From the NCBI GenBank assembly GCA_035649635.1, contig DASRJE010000208.1, positions 1 to 64,000 on the forward strand: DNA of 64,000 nucleotides, read 5' to 3'. Below, piece after piece: positions 26,714 to 36,831 of the stretch (position 1 is its first letter; each line of letters begins with the position of its first letter). The DNA comes from Vicinamibacterales bacterium. GTDB taxonomy: Bacteria > Acidobacteriota > Vicinamibacteria > Vicinamibacterales > UBA2999. The position numbers and the translations under genes were made by a program. A model generated the notes under the pieces. It saw only the letters and a program-made list of their open reading frames with translations, had not been told where the DNA came from and did no database searches.

Positions 26714-28750
26714 ATGAACGTCGTGTCGCTCTCGCTCGTTCTGTGGACTCTTCTCGCGCTGTTCGCTCTGACGATACTCCTGCTGACTTTTCGCTACATC
26801 CCTAACGACCGCGTCGGCATCGTGGAGAAGCTGTGGAGCCCGTCGGGTTCGGTCGGCCGCGGCATCATCGCGCTGAACGGTGAAGCCGGTTTTCAGCCGG
26901 CGTTGCTCCGCGGCGGCTGGCACATGTTGATGCCGTTCCAGTATCGCCTGCACAAGATGCCTCTCGTAACGATTCCGCAGGGAAAGATCGGCTACGTGTT
27001 TGCACGCGATGGTGTGCCGTTGGCGCCCACGCAGACGCTGGCAAACAATGTCGAGGCCAATGACTTTCAAGACGTGGCCGCATTCCTGCGTGCCGGCGGC
27101 CAGCGTGGTCCTCAGCGAAAGATCCTGCGCGAGGGTACGTATGCGTTCAACACGGCACAGTTCGTGGTGATCACGAACGAGCGCGTACACTTCCTTCCCC
27201 TCGATCCGACGGAAGCCGACACGTTCAAACGGATGGCGGCGCTCATCGGCGACCGCGGAGGGTTCGAGCCGGTCGTCATCAAGGACGCCGCCGACACCAT
27301 CGGCATCGTGACAGTGCATGACGGCCCTTCGCTGCCCGATGGACAGATCATCGCGCCAACGGTTGGCGACGTTGCCGCGACGCCGGAGACCTATCACAAC
27401 AACTTTCAGGATCCGGAGAAGTTCCTGCTGGCAGGTGGCCTGCGTGGCCGTCAGTTGCAGACGCTCGTTGAGGGCACGTATTACGTCAATCGGTTGTTTG
27501 CCACCGTCGAGATGATTCCGAAAACGGTGATCGAGGTCGGCAATGTCGGCGTGGTCGTCTCCTACACGGGTGAGGCGGGTGTCGACCTCACCGGCGATCA
27601 GTACAAGCACGGAGAGCTCGTCAAGAAACATTCTCGCGGCGTGTGGAACGAGCCGCTGCTGCCGGGCAAATATGCGTTCAACACCTACGCCGGCAAAGTG
27701 ATGATGGTTCCGACGACGAACTTCATCCTGAAATGGAACAAGTCAGAGACCGGCTCGCATCGCTACGACGAGAATCTGTCCGAAGTGTTGCTCATCACGA
27801 AGGATGCGTTCGAACCCTCGTTGCCGCTCTCCGTGGTCGTGCACATCGACTATCGCAAGGCGCCGCTCGTGATTCAGCGGTTCGGCGACATCAAGCGCCT
27901 GGTCGAGCAGACGCTCGATCCGATGGTGTCGGCCTACTTCAAGAACATCGGCCAGACGCGCACGTTGATCCAGTTGATTCAGGATCGCAGCGCGATCCAG
28001 CAGCAGTCGGGCGAGCAGATGAAGGAGAAGTTCGCTGAGTACAACCTGGAGCTGCAGGAGGTGCTCATTGGTACGCCGACGGCAGGCGTGCCCGGAAGCC
28101 AGATCGAAACAATCCTGACGCAGTTGCGGTCGCGTCAGATCGCGGAGGAGCAGGTGGAGACTTACACGCGCCAGGAAAAGGCGGCGACCAAGGAGAAGGA
28201 GCTGCGCGAGGCCGAGGCGCGAGCCAAACAGCAGACGTTCATCACGGAGTCGGAGCTGTCTATCAACATCCAGACGAACCAGGGTAAGGCGGAGTACGAG
28301 CGCTCCCGGCAGGAAGCCGCGCGTATTCAGACACTGGCCACGGCGGAAGCCGAAAAGATCCGCATCGTCGGCGAAGGCGAGGCCAAACGGATTCAGGCGA
28401 TCGCCGGCGCCGATGCCGAACGGACGGCGCGCGTCGGTGTGGCCCAGGCCATGGCCATCGAGGAGCAGGTGCGCGCGTACGGCGGCCCGCGCCTGCAGTT
28501 GACGCAACAGGTGTTGAACCGCTTCGCCGAGGCGATCCAATCCTCGCAGGTAGACGTGGTGCCGAAGATCCTCATCGCCGGGCAGAATGGCAAGGATGGC
28601 GGTTCGCCGATGACGGGCAACGTCATGGAGGCGCTCCTGACCCTGATGATGTCCGAGCGTCTCGGTGGCGAGATCAACACGACATCCATGCCCCGCAATG
28701 CGTCTGCTGACGCGATCCGCAAGCGGATCGAGGGTGACATGAAGCGCTGA
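26714..28750 (+). CDS. SPFH/Band 7 domain protein (flotillin-like)
   Basis: ORF 26714..28750, 678 aa. N-terminal TM, an SPFH core, then a long Glu/Ala/Arg-rich coiled-coil (EAEARAKQQ...AEAEKIRIVGEGEAKRIQAIAGADAERTARVGVAQAMAIEEQ), a typical flotillin C-terminus. Confidence 0.85.
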   Translation: MNVVSLSLVLWTLLALFALTILLLTFRYIPNDRVGIVEKLWSPSGSVGRGIIALNGEAGFQPALLRGGWHMLMPFQYRLHKMPLVTIPQGKIGYVFARDGVPLAPTQTLANNVEANDFQDVAAFLRAGGQRGPQRKILREGTYAFNTAQFVVITNERVHFLPLDPTEADTFKRMAALIGDRGGFEPVVIKDAADTIGIVTVHDGPSLPDGQIIAPTVGDVAATPETYHNNFQDPEKFLLAGGLRGRQLQTLVEGTYYVNRLFATVEMIPKTVIEVGNVGVVVSYTGEAGVDLTGDQYKHGELVKKHSRGVWNEPLLPGKYAFNTYAGKVMMVPTTNFILKWNKSETGSHRYDENLSEVLLITKDAFEPSLPLSVVVHIDYRKAPLVIQRFGDIKRLVEQTLDPMVSAYFKNIGQTRTLIQLIQDRSAIQQQSGEQMKEKFAEYNLELQEVLIGTPTAGVPGSQIETILTQLRSRQIAEEQVETYTRQEKAATKEKELREAEARAKQQTFITESELSINIQTNQGKAEYERSRQEAARIQTLATAEAEKIRIVGEGEAKRIQAIAGADAERTARVGVAQAMAIEEQVRAYGGPRLQLTQQVLNRFAEAIQSSQVDVVPKILIAGQNGKDGGSPMTGNVMEALLTLMMSERLGGEINTTSMPRNASADAIRKRIEGDMKR

Positions 28751-28779
28751 CTGTGTGGAGTCTCCCCCTACCACCAATG

Positions 28780-28804
28780 GAGCGCGCCGCGCTGCGGCGC
28801 GCTC
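28780..28804. terminator. GC-rich hairpin between convergent flotillin and NHL genes (bidirectional terminator candidate)
   Basis: GAGCGCGCCGC-gct-GCGGCGCGCTC, an 11-bp perfect stem with a 3-nt loop, read directly. Confidence 0.4.
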
Positions 28805-28813
28805 GCCAACACG

Positions 28814-29911
28814 CTATTTCACCCTGACGTACTTTCGTAAGTTGTGCGCGGCGACGTCGGCGGCGTAGATGTTGCCCGCCTCATCAGCGGCGATACCCGA
28901 CGCCGATGAGCCGCGTTCCAACTTGTCGAGGTCCGCGGGATCGGGAATGAAGGCCTTGAGCGAGCCATCTTTAGCGCTGCCCACGACGATTCCACGCAGT
29001 TCTCCTTTCTTGGCTGTGGCCTCGGCAAACGCAGCGCCGACGTAAATCGTGTCGTCCCTACCAACGAAGACCGAGCTCGGCGTCCCGAACTGCGTCCAGG
29101 CGGCGATGAACTTGCCGTCTTGATCGAAGACCTGGATGCGGTTGTTTCTGCGGTCGGCGACGTAGACACGATTCTCAGACCCGCCGATGAAGATATCGTG
29201 CGGGTCCGAGAACTCGCCTGGCGTGGCGCCTTCGCGTCCCCAGGCCTTGATGAACCGACCGTCCCGGGAAAACTTCACGACGCGGGCGCTCATGTGCTTG
29301 TTCGGGTAGTGGCCGTCGGTCACGAAGATGTCGCCACCAGGCGCGATGGCGACGCCCGTCGGCCGATCGAAGGTGTCGGGGCCATTGCCGGGCACGCCCT
29401 GCTTGCCGAGCATCATCAGAACCGTGCCGCTCGGGCTCAACTTCAGCACCTCGTGGCCCATGATCACGCCGTCGGCATTCCTGGCTGACATGCCCAGCAC
29501 GGTGGCTTCGTCATTGACGTCGCTCACCCACAAGTTCCCATCGGAATCGATGGTGAATCCGTGAGGATAGGCGAACAGCCCGGCGCCAAAACTTCGCAGG
29601 AGCTTGCCAGACGGATCGAATTCCAGAATCGGCGGATTGGCACTGCCGCGGGCAATGCAGGTGGCGCTGCCTGCGGGCACGGTGTTGAAACAGCGATGGA
29701 AGACCCAGACGTTGCCGTCGCGATGGACGTGTACCCTGATGACCTCGCCCCACCGGCCGCCATTCATGTTGGGCGGGAGCGTCGGCCAGCCCGCAACGAG
29801 GCGATAAGGATTGGGGAGCTCGGTGGGTTTCGGGTACGCGGCCTTTTGCGCGCTCGCCGTTGCCGTGAACGCCGCGGTCACGGCAACAGCGGCGAACAGC
29901 ATCCGCCTCAT
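28814..29911 (-). CDS. Secreted NHL-repeat six-bladed beta-propeller protein
   Basis: Signal MRRMLFAAVAVTAAFTATASAQ. NHL blades such as YVADRRNNRIQVFDQDGKF and IFVTDGHYPNKHMSARVVKF. Confidence 0.75.
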   Translation of the reverse strand: MRRMLFAAVAVTAAFTATASAQKAAYPKPTELPNPYRLVAGWPTLPPNMNGGRWGEVIRVHVHRDGNVWVFHRCFNTVPAGSATCIARGSANPPILEFDPSGKLLRSFGAGLFAYPHGFTIDSDGNLWVSDVNDEATVLGMSARNADGVIMGHEVLKLSPSGTVLMMLGKQGVPGNGPDTFDRPTGVAIAPGGDIFVTDGHYPNKHMSARVVKFSRDGRFIKAWGREGATPGEFSDPHDIFIGGSENRVYVADRRNNRIQVFDQDGKFIAAWTQFGTPSSVFVGRDDTIYVGAAFAEATAKKGELRGIVVGSAKDGSLKAFIPDPADLDKLERGSSASGIAADEAGNIYAADVAAHNLRKYVRVK

Positions 29912-30399
29912 TGTTTCTTTCCCCCGACCTGCACTTCGAAGCCGTCCGGATCCTGGACGTGGAAGCTGCCTTCAGTCACTCGAATGTTCAGCCCTCGCTT
30001 CTTCAGCTCTGCTTCGACCGCTGGCTTGACCGACTTATCGGTATCCCAGTTGGCCAGTGTGTAGGCGATGTGATCGACGCCGACCTTGCCGCCAGGGCGG
30101 CTGCTGGCGTTGCGCGGAATGAGGATGTTGTCGCCGAACGTCAAGCGGCACTGTGTCTTTCCGTCATCGTCCGAGATCTTCATTCCCAGCAGGCCCGAGT
30201 AGAAGTCGCGCGTCTTCGTATAATCGGCGACCTGCATCGAAACGTGGTTGATGGAGAGGGCGTTTGCCGGCGCGGCCTGTGCCGTCGTGGCGGTTGATGT
30301 CGCCGCCGCTGCGGCGGCTGCCAGGGTCCGAATGAGGTGACGGCGAGTCACTTTTCCGTGTTCGTACTCCTCGAGCAACCTGCTGATGATGTGCTCCAT
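29908..30399 (-). CDS. Tat-signal VOC (glyoxalase/bleomycin-resistance/dioxygenase) family protein
   Basis: Tat signal RRHLIRTLAAAAAAA. VOC fold segment INHVSMQVADYTKTRDFYSGLLGMK...VDHIAYTL. Confidence 0.7.
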   Translation of the reverse strand: MEHIISRLLEEYEHGKVTRRHLIRTLAAAAAAATSTATTAQAAPANALSINHVSMQVADYTKTRDFYSGLLGMKISDDDGKTQCRLTFGDNILIPRNASSRPGGKVGVDHIAYTLANWDTDKSVKPAVEAELKKRGLNIRVTEGSFHVQDPDGFEVQVGGKKQ

Positions 30400-30693
30400 G
30401 GCTCATTCTCCTTCTGTCTGAAATACACGGAGTGGACGGAGCGAACTGATTCGCACGGAGTAGCGAAGAATGCGCTGAGCTTTGCCGTTACTGGCTTATA
30501 CGCCCGCCTTGCACCAACGTCAATCGAGCGCAGATCGAAAAGGCGAATCGAAAAGACACTGTTGACAAGGCCTCGCCACGAGTTTAGAAATCAGCCGCGG
30601 CGGAACAAGCGGGACCTGCAGGAGTGACCGGGAAAGCTCGGCCTTTCGGCCCTGCCCCGATTCGAACACACCGGCGAGTCAATAGGAGGGTGT

Positions 30694-31815
30694 ATGAAAA
30701 CGATCAGCGTCGCTGCGGCTGTCGCCGCCCTGCTCGCGACTGGCGTCCTCGCCCAATCTACGGAGAAAGGCGGGGGCGACGTCACGGGATCGTACGACCT
30801 CGTGACAGGATGGCCACAGAACTGGTGCGGCGAGGGGTTCGTCATCGGATCGACAGCAGGCATCTGGGCGGAATCCCCGGACCGGGTCTTCATCTTCGCC
30901 CGCGGCTGTCTGCCGCGCCTGGAGAATCCCGGTGACGTGGTCCCGACGCGGAACGCATCCGGATTCGATCTTTCGCAGAAGGATCCCTCTCGCCATCCAC
31001 GCTGGGATCACATCGTTAACATCGTCGACCGAAACGGCCGGTTGGTCGAGTCGTGGGAGCAACACAACAAGCTGTTTGTGCGACCGCATCGTGTGCTGGT
31101 GAGTCCCTACGACACGGACCGGCACGTGTGGCTGATCGATGACGGCGCGCACGCCATCTACAAGTTCACACGAGACGGCAAGCAGCTGGTGATGACCGTG
31201 GGCACGCCCAGGATGCCGGGCAACGATGAGACGCACTTTGCGCGCCCGACTGACGTTGCTTTTCTGCCCGACGGAACGTTCTTCGTGAGCGACGGCTACA
31301 CCAATACTCGCGTGGTGAAGTTCGATCGCAACGGCAAGTACCTCACGTCCTGGGGCATGCGCGGCAATCCGCCCAACGAAACGCGTCCGTACTACATGAA
31401 CACTGTGCACGCGATCGTCGCCGACAAGCAGCGGCGCCTGTACGTGAGCGACCGCGCGAATCACCGCATCCAGATCTTCGACGAGAACGGCAAGTTCCTC
31501 GACGCGTGGCCCAACGTCCCGCTGCCGTATTCGCTGCTGATGACCGACGATCAGTTCCTCTGGTCCGCGTCGGGTGAAACGCAGAAATTCACCAAGTACG
31601 ACCTGAATGGACGGCTGCTTGCCGCTTGGGGCACGTTCGGCGCATTCCCCGGCGGATTCTGGGGTGTGCACCAGTTCCACGTCGATAGTGAAGGAAGCCT
31701 TTACACGGCGGACGTGCACGTGGGACGGCCGCAGAAATTCCGTCCCCGGCCCGGCGCCGACCGCAACCGTGTCATCGGACCACCGACGCGAACGGGGGTG
31801 ACGTCCACGCGTTAA
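30694..31815 (+). CDS. Secreted NHL-repeat beta-propeller protein (paralog of 28814..29911)
   Basis: Signal MKTISVAAAVAALLATGVLAQ. NHL blades YVSDRANHRIQIFDENGKF and FFVSDGYTNTRVVKFDRNGKY. Confidence 0.75.
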   Translation: MKTISVAAAVAALLATGVLAQSTEKGGGDVTGSYDLVTGWPQNWCGEGFVIGSTAGIWAESPDRVFIFARGCLPRLENPGDVVPTRNASGFDLSQKDPSRHPRWDHIVNIVDRNGRLVESWEQHNKLFVRPHRVLVSPYDTDRHVWLIDDGAHAIYKFTRDGKQLVMTVGTPRMPGNDETHFARPTDVAFLPDGTFFVSDGYTNTRVVKFDRNGKYLTSWGMRGNPPNETRPYYMNTVHAIVADKQRRLYVSDRANHRIQIFDENGKFLDAWPNVPLPYSLLMTDDQFLWSASGETQKFTKYDLNGRLLAAWGTFGAFPGGFWGVHQFHVDSEGSLYTADVHVGRPQKFRPRPGADRNRVIGPPTRTGVTSTR

Positions 31816-31830
31816 GCGCGTAATCAGCCC

Positions 31831-31852
31831 GAGCTGACCACGTGGTCAGCTC
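31831..31852. terminator. 22-bp perfect palindrome GAGCTGACCACGTGGTCAGCTC, 16 bp after the NHL gene stop
   Basis: Read directly. No U-tract, so it could instead be a protein-binding site; it contains a CACGTG core. Confidence 0.3.
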
Positions 31853-32168
31853 AGGCTCACTTCCGACACCTGTTGCTCTCGAGTCGACACTCGGAAAAGA
31901 ACTCGTTCCTGCTGTCTCAGAAATGAAATACACCTACGGCCCCGGCACGCCGACTTGAATCGCGGCGCGTGAGGGGCGAATACTGTGCGCACCCAACCAG
32001 CTATTGCGACGGTCGTTCGATTTCAGTGCGGCTGTCGTTGTTTGTACGCGGGAGTAGGCGCTCTCGCAAAGTCATTCAGACCGTCCTGAACGTGCTGCGT
32101 TTCGTCAGTCCGAAACCAGCCCGTGGGCGAACCGCCTTGTCCGCGCCCGTTCGAAAAGGGGATGAAGT

Positions 32169-33500
32169 ATGCCTACGCCACTCTTCTTGCTTGACCGGCC
32201 GTTGACCAACGGGGACCTCGAGACCTACGACGAACAACTCCGGCAACTCCAGGGGAATATCCTGAAAAGTCACGGTCGGAACGAGACGGCCAGCATCTTT
32301 CTCACCTTCCTGCCAGGACAGATCGACGGAGTCAGGGATTTCCTGCACACCATGGCACGCCGCGTGACATCCGCGCAGCAACAGGAGGCGCAGGCCAGGG
32401 CCAGGGAAAGGAACGAGCTCTTCACAGGACTCTGGCTGAGTGCCGAGGGCTATAAGTTCCTGGGCCACAGTCTCACGGGTTTCGATTTGACCTTTCGCCA
32501 GGGTATGCGCGGCGCCAAGGAGCGCCTGGACGACCCGCCGGTGGAAAACTGGGAGCCAAAGTTCAGAGAACAGATCCATGCGCTCGTGACGTTCGCGCAC
32601 AGCGATAGAACCGTCGTGTCGGCCAAGCTCGATGACCTTCGCGGCGAAGTCGGGAGCATCGCCTCGGTATCGTCGGAGCTCGGTCATGCCATGCGCGACG
32701 GCGACCGTGCCTTCGAACATTTCGGGTTTCTGGACGGCGTGAGCCAGCCGATCTTTTTCGCCAAAGATCTGCCGGACGCGACTTCGAGAGCGCAGTGGGA
32801 TCCGTCGGCGGGGCCGAGGCTGGTGCTCAGGCAAGACCCGCTCGGCACCCGCGAGGAGTGTGGCTCCTACTTCGTCTTCCGCAAGCTCGAACAGAACGCC
32901 AAGCGATTCAAGCTGCGACAGAAGGCCCTCGCACGGAAGCTGGGCGTCTCGACGGCCGTGGCAGGCGCCATGATCATGGGGCGCTTCGAGGACGGCACAC
33001 CCATTACGAAGCGCCAATCGGAGAACGGGAGAAGGGAAAACGATTTCAACTATGGCGCAGACGGACACGGCCACGTGTGTCCGTTCTTTTCCCACATTCG
33101 CAAAGCCAATCCTCGTGGGGCTACCGACAACGGGATCCCGGGGGCCGAAGGTGTCCATCGTATTGCTCGCAGAGGCATTACTTATGGCGACCCCACGCCC
33201 CGCAACGGAAGTAGTTCGCACTGGCCCGAAAACGGTGTCGGTGTGCTCTTCCAATGCTGCCAGGCCGTTCTGTCAAATCAGTTCGAAACGATTCAAGGCC
33301 GGTGGGCAAATGATCCCAGTTTCATCAGGGCCGGAGTCGGCCAGGATGCGGTGATTGGCCAGCGGGGGCAGACTCGTATCGCGTTTCCCGCGGGGCGCGG
33401 CAGCGCAGCCCGTGTGCCATTCGACTTTGGGGAGTTCATCCACATGCGCGGCGGCGAGTACTTCTTCGCCCCCGCCAAGTCGGTGTTGGTCAGGCTCTAG
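32169..33500 (+). CDS. Dyp-type (dye-decolorizing) heme peroxidase
   Basis: ORF 32169..33500, 443 aa. Shows the DyP family pattern LFTGLWLSAEGYKFLG, FGFLDGVSQP and HIRKANPRG (proximal His region). Confidence 0.8.
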   Translation: MPTPLFLLDRPLTNGDLETYDEQLRQLQGNILKSHGRNETASIFLTFLPGQIDGVRDFLHTMARRVTSAQQQEAQARARERNELFTGLWLSAEGYKFLGHSLTGFDLTFRQGMRGAKERLDDPPVENWEPKFREQIHALVTFAHSDRTVVSAKLDDLRGEVGSIASVSSELGHAMRDGDRAFEHFGFLDGVSQPIFFAKDLPDATSRAQWDPSAGPRLVLRQDPLGTREECGSYFVFRKLEQNAKRFKLRQKALARKLGVSTAVAGAMIMGRFEDGTPITKRQSENGRRENDFNYGADGHGHVCPFFSHIRKANPRGATDNGIPGAEGVHRIARRGITYGDPTPRNGSSSHWPENGVGVLFQCCQAVLSNQFETIQGRWANDPSFIRAGVGQDAVIGQRGQTRIAFPAGRGSAARVPFDFGEFIHMRGGEYFFAPAKSVLVRL

Positions 33501-33540
33501 TGGAATGTCGGTAGGTACTTCCTGGCGAATACGGTCACAG

Positions 33541-34356
33541 TCAGCCGCGGCCCGGCGTGCCGTGCCAGCGCGTATGCGTGCGATGAAGCACTCGTGCTGA
33601 CACGGATGTATCTTCGGCGCGGTGCATGAGCGACAGGTTGTCCCACACGAGCACGTCGCCAGGCCGCCATGCGTGCGCGTAAATGAATTCCGGTTTCAGC
33701 GCATGCGCATAGAGACTGGCGAGGAGCTGGACGCCCTTCCTCTTTGGCAGTCCCACAATCGAATCGATGCTGAATTGATTCAGGTAGAGCGACCGCCGCC
33801 CGGTCACATGATGTTCGCGGACAAGTGGGTGGACTGTAGCCCCATCCCGCGGCGCTGTGAGCCCTGACGCTCCGAGCAAGGCGCCGAAACAATGACGGGC
33901 CGCAAGAGGTTCGAGAACGGCCTTTCTCTTGGGAGGCAGCGCCTCGTAGGCCCCCCGCATGTTCGCAAACATCGTGGCGCTGCAGGGTGACGGCACGACG
34001 ACCGCCTTCAGGACGATGACGGGCGACGGGTCTGGCTTGAATGACTGGTCGGTGTGCCAGAAGACAGTCGATCTGGTGACGCCAGGAGCTCCGAGGTCGT
34101 GCCGGACCACCTGAATCCGCCGATCGTCCCGGAGCCTGAACGGCGCATCCCTGGGAAGAACCCGCTCGTCCACCTCCCCAAAGATGCTCGTCAGCGCCAC
34201 TTGATCGTCATACGACAAAATCTGATCCCTGAAAACGAGGAGCAGGCGTTCGTGCAACCCACGCACAAGCTGGCGTCGGCCGGCCGGCGTGATCCGCTCG
34301 AGATCGAAGCCCACCACCTCAGCCCCGAAGGAGGCAAGGAGAGGACGAATCAGCAT
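33541..34356 (-). CDS. TauD/TfdA-family Fe(II)/2-oxoglutarate-dependent dioxygenase
   Basis: Segments WHTDQSF (HxD facial triad) and ...MHRAEDTSV... (distal His). Length is typical of the family. Confidence 0.75.
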   Translation of the reverse strand: MLIRPLLASFGAEVVGFDLERITPAGRRQLVRGLHERLLLVFRDQILSYDDQVALTSIFGEVDERVLPRDAPFRLRDDRRIQVVRHDLGAPGVTRSTVFWHTDQSFKPDPSPVIVLKAVVVPSPCSATMFANMRGAYEALPPKRKAVLEPLAARHCFGALLGASGLTAPRDGATVHPLVREHHVTGRRSLYLNQFSIDSIVGLPKRKGVQLLASLYAHALKPEFIYAHAWRPGDVLVWDNLSLMHRAEDTSVSARVLHRTHTRWHGTPGRG

Positions 34357-34408
34357 CGTTGTATGCTAGCGCTGAGTTCATTCGGTCGCGCACGCGGCGT
34401 CCTCCGAC

Positions 34409-36829
34409 ATGATCGGCATCTCTGTCTCTCACTATCTCGTCACCGACAGGCTCGGTGGGGGCGGCATGGCCGTCGTCTACGAGGCGCAGGATGTGCGTCT
34501 GCCTCGACGAGTCGCTCTCAAGTTCCTGCGCGACAAGCTCGCGAACGACCCGCTGGCGCTTACCCGGTTCAAGCGCGAAGCGGCTGCGCTGTCGCTCCTC
34601 AATCACCCGAACATCTGCACGATTCACGAGGTCGATGCGTTCGAGGGGCAGCCGTTCATCGCGATGGAGAAACTCGAGGGGCGAACGCTTCGCGCGCGCC
34701 TCGCGGAAGGAAAAGTCGAGCCTGCGGAGCTGGTCGACATCGCCGCGCAGATAGCCCAGGCCCTGAAGGCGGCGCACGAGAAGGGCATCGTCCACCGTGA
34801 TATCAAGCCGGGGAACATCTTCATCACGTCGAACGGCGTCAAAGTCCTCGACTTCGGTCTCGCGAAACTGCTCGTCGGGACCGAGAACGAGACCGTCGAG
34901 GACCACACAGTGGACGGACGGCCCGTGGGGACTGTCAACTACATGTCCCCCGAGCGCATCCGGCAGGACAATCTCGATCCCCGCAGTGACCTCTTCTCGC
35001 TCGGCGTGGTGATCTTCGAAATGGCGGCCGGATTCACCCCCTTCGAGGGCGGATCGATCGCTCAAACGGTTGCGAACGTCTTCGACCAGGATCCGCCGGC
35101 GCTCTCCGACGTGGCACCGCGTCAGCCGGACGAGTTGCAATCCATTGTGCACAAGCTGCTGGCTCGAGATCCCGAGGACCGCTATCACACCGCGGGGGCC
35201 TTGTTGCGGGATCTGAAAGCACTGGCGATCCGGATAGATGTCCGGGCGGGAGCCACCAGTCAGACCACGACCAGTGTCCGCGGGAAGACAGACCCGAGGA
35301 GCGGGCGGATATCCGTCGTGGTGATGCCAACGAGAGTGTTGGCTGAGGAAGCCGACTCGTTTCTTGCGGATGCTATTCCGAATGCCATCTCCAAGCATCT
35401 GCTGAAGGTCCCGGGCATCGAGACCAAGCGCCCGCCCACGACCGGCGACCTCGAGCGCGTCGCCGGCGATCTCGATCAGGTGGCCACCGTGTACGGCGCG
35501 ACCGCGTACGTCGTGTCCCTGCTGAACGTCTCGAGTGGGCGATTCAAGCTGTCTGTCCAGTTGGTCGACACCGCGTCTCGCAAACTCAGATGGTGCGACG
35601 AGTACAAGGGTTCGCGTAAGGGATACACCGGTATCGTGAAGGCGGCGGCGGAAGGGATCCGGCGCGCGTTGCAACCGGACACGGACCCGCCGCCGGCGAC
35701 GACGTCGGTGGTGGTCAATCCCGAGGCCGAGCTGCTCCTGCAACAGGGCTTGTACCATTTGAACCTGTTCAGAAATCTCGCCCGGCCGACCGATTTCGAG
35801 CGCGCGGAGACGACGCTTCGCCGCGCCGCCGACCTCGAGCCGGAGCGAGCCGATGCTCCTGCCGCTCTTGCATTGCTGCATACGGCACGGCTCGTGACCG
35901 GCGCCTCTCCATCGGAGGTCGTTCCTGTGTGTGAGACCTGGGTGAAGCGGACGCTGGAAATCGACCGCCGGAACAGCAAAGCGTGGGCGATTCTCTGCGA
36001 GCTCGAGACCATGCGCTCGGAGCTTCGAAAACCGTTCGAGTACGGGCTCAAGGCCGCGGCGTTCGGCGGCCGCGATGCGTTCGCGCACGCGAGGCTCGCC
36101 GGATGTCTCATGTGGCATTCCTACGAGTTGTCGTTGCTCGCCGCCAGTGAGGGCGCGCGCTTCGATCCTCTCGTCCTCGATGCGCCAGTGTTTGCGGCGA
36201 TCAGCCTGAATCAGTTGAGTCGCAGGGACGAGGCACTATCGCTGATCGAAGTCGTGCTCAACATCGAGCCGGACATGCTCCTTGCGCAGTTCATCAAAGG
36301 CCTGATCCTTGCCGATGCCGGCCGCACGGATCCGGCACTGGAGATCATGGCACGGCTCGAACCTTTTGCCGCAAAAGGCCGGCTGCTGCCACAATGGCCG
36401 GCAATCTTCAAGGACGTCGCGGCGTATCACGACGCCGCCACGACCGGGGACACCGAGATGCTCGATCGGACGACACAGAGGCTGGCAGGTTTCGCGAGAG
36501 GTGAGAACCAGTTCCCGCGCTGGGAACTGACGACGTCGGGAATCACACGGCTGCTGGCCAAGCGTTCACCGGCATTGTCGCTCGAACTATTCGCGCACCG
36601 CGCGATGATGGGGATCATCGAGCCGTACGACCATCTCGTGACGCACCCGGATCTCGATCCGCTGCGTGGCGACACGCGCTTCCAACGCCTGCTCCGCACA
36701 TCGCGTCGAAATTTCGAAGAAACCCTGTCTGTCGTGCGAATGGCGCAGAGCCGCGCCGAGGCCCCCGACTACATCGCCCACGCGCTCGACGACATCACAA
36801 AACGCTTTCAGCTCTCCACCAGTTCCTGA
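34409..36829 (+). CDS. Ser/Thr protein kinase with C-terminal TolB-N-like and TPR-like regulatory region
   Basis: Hanks kinase motifs [27 protein letters not shown] and DFGLAK, followed by ...[23 protein letters not shown]... and ~450 aa of helical repeats. Confidence 0.85.
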   Translation: MIGISVSHYLVTDRLGGGGMAVVYEAQDVRLPRRVALKFLRDKLANDPLALTRFKREAAALSLLNHPNICTIHEVDAFEGQPFIAMEKLEGRTLRARLAEGKVEPAELVDIAAQIAQALKAAHEKGIVHRDIKPGNIFITSNGVKVLDFGLAKLLVGTENETVEDHTVDGRPVGTVNYMSPERIRQDNLDPRSDLFSLGVVIFEMAAGFTPFEGGSIAQTVANVFDQDPPALSDVAPRQPDELQSIVHKLLARDPEDRYHTAGALLRDLKALAIRIDVRAGATSQTTTSVRGKTDPRSGRISVVVMPTRVLAEEADSFLADAIPNAISKHLLKVPGIETKRPPTTGDLERVAGDLDQVATVYGATAYVVSLLNVSSGRFKLSVQLVDTASRKLRWCDEYKGSRKGYTGIVKAAAEGIRRALQPDTDPPPATTSVVVNPEAELLLQQGLYHLNLFRNLARPTDFERAETTLRRAADLEPERADAPAALALLHTARLVTGASPSEVVPVCETWVKRTLEIDRRNSKAWAILCELETMRSELRKPFEYGLKAAAFGGRDAFAHARLAGCLMWHSYELSLLAASEGARFDPLVLDAPVFAAISLNQLSRRDEALSLIEVVLNIEPDMLLAQFIKGLILADAGRTDPALEIMARLEPFAAKGRLLPQWPAIFKDVAAYHDAATTGDTEMLDRTTQRLAGFARGENQFPRWELTTSGITRLLAKRSPALSLELFAHRAMMGIIEPYDHLVTHPDLDPLRGDTRFQRLLRTSRRNFEETLSVVRMAQSRAEAPDYIAHALDDITKRFQLSTSS

Positions 36830-36831
36830 CC

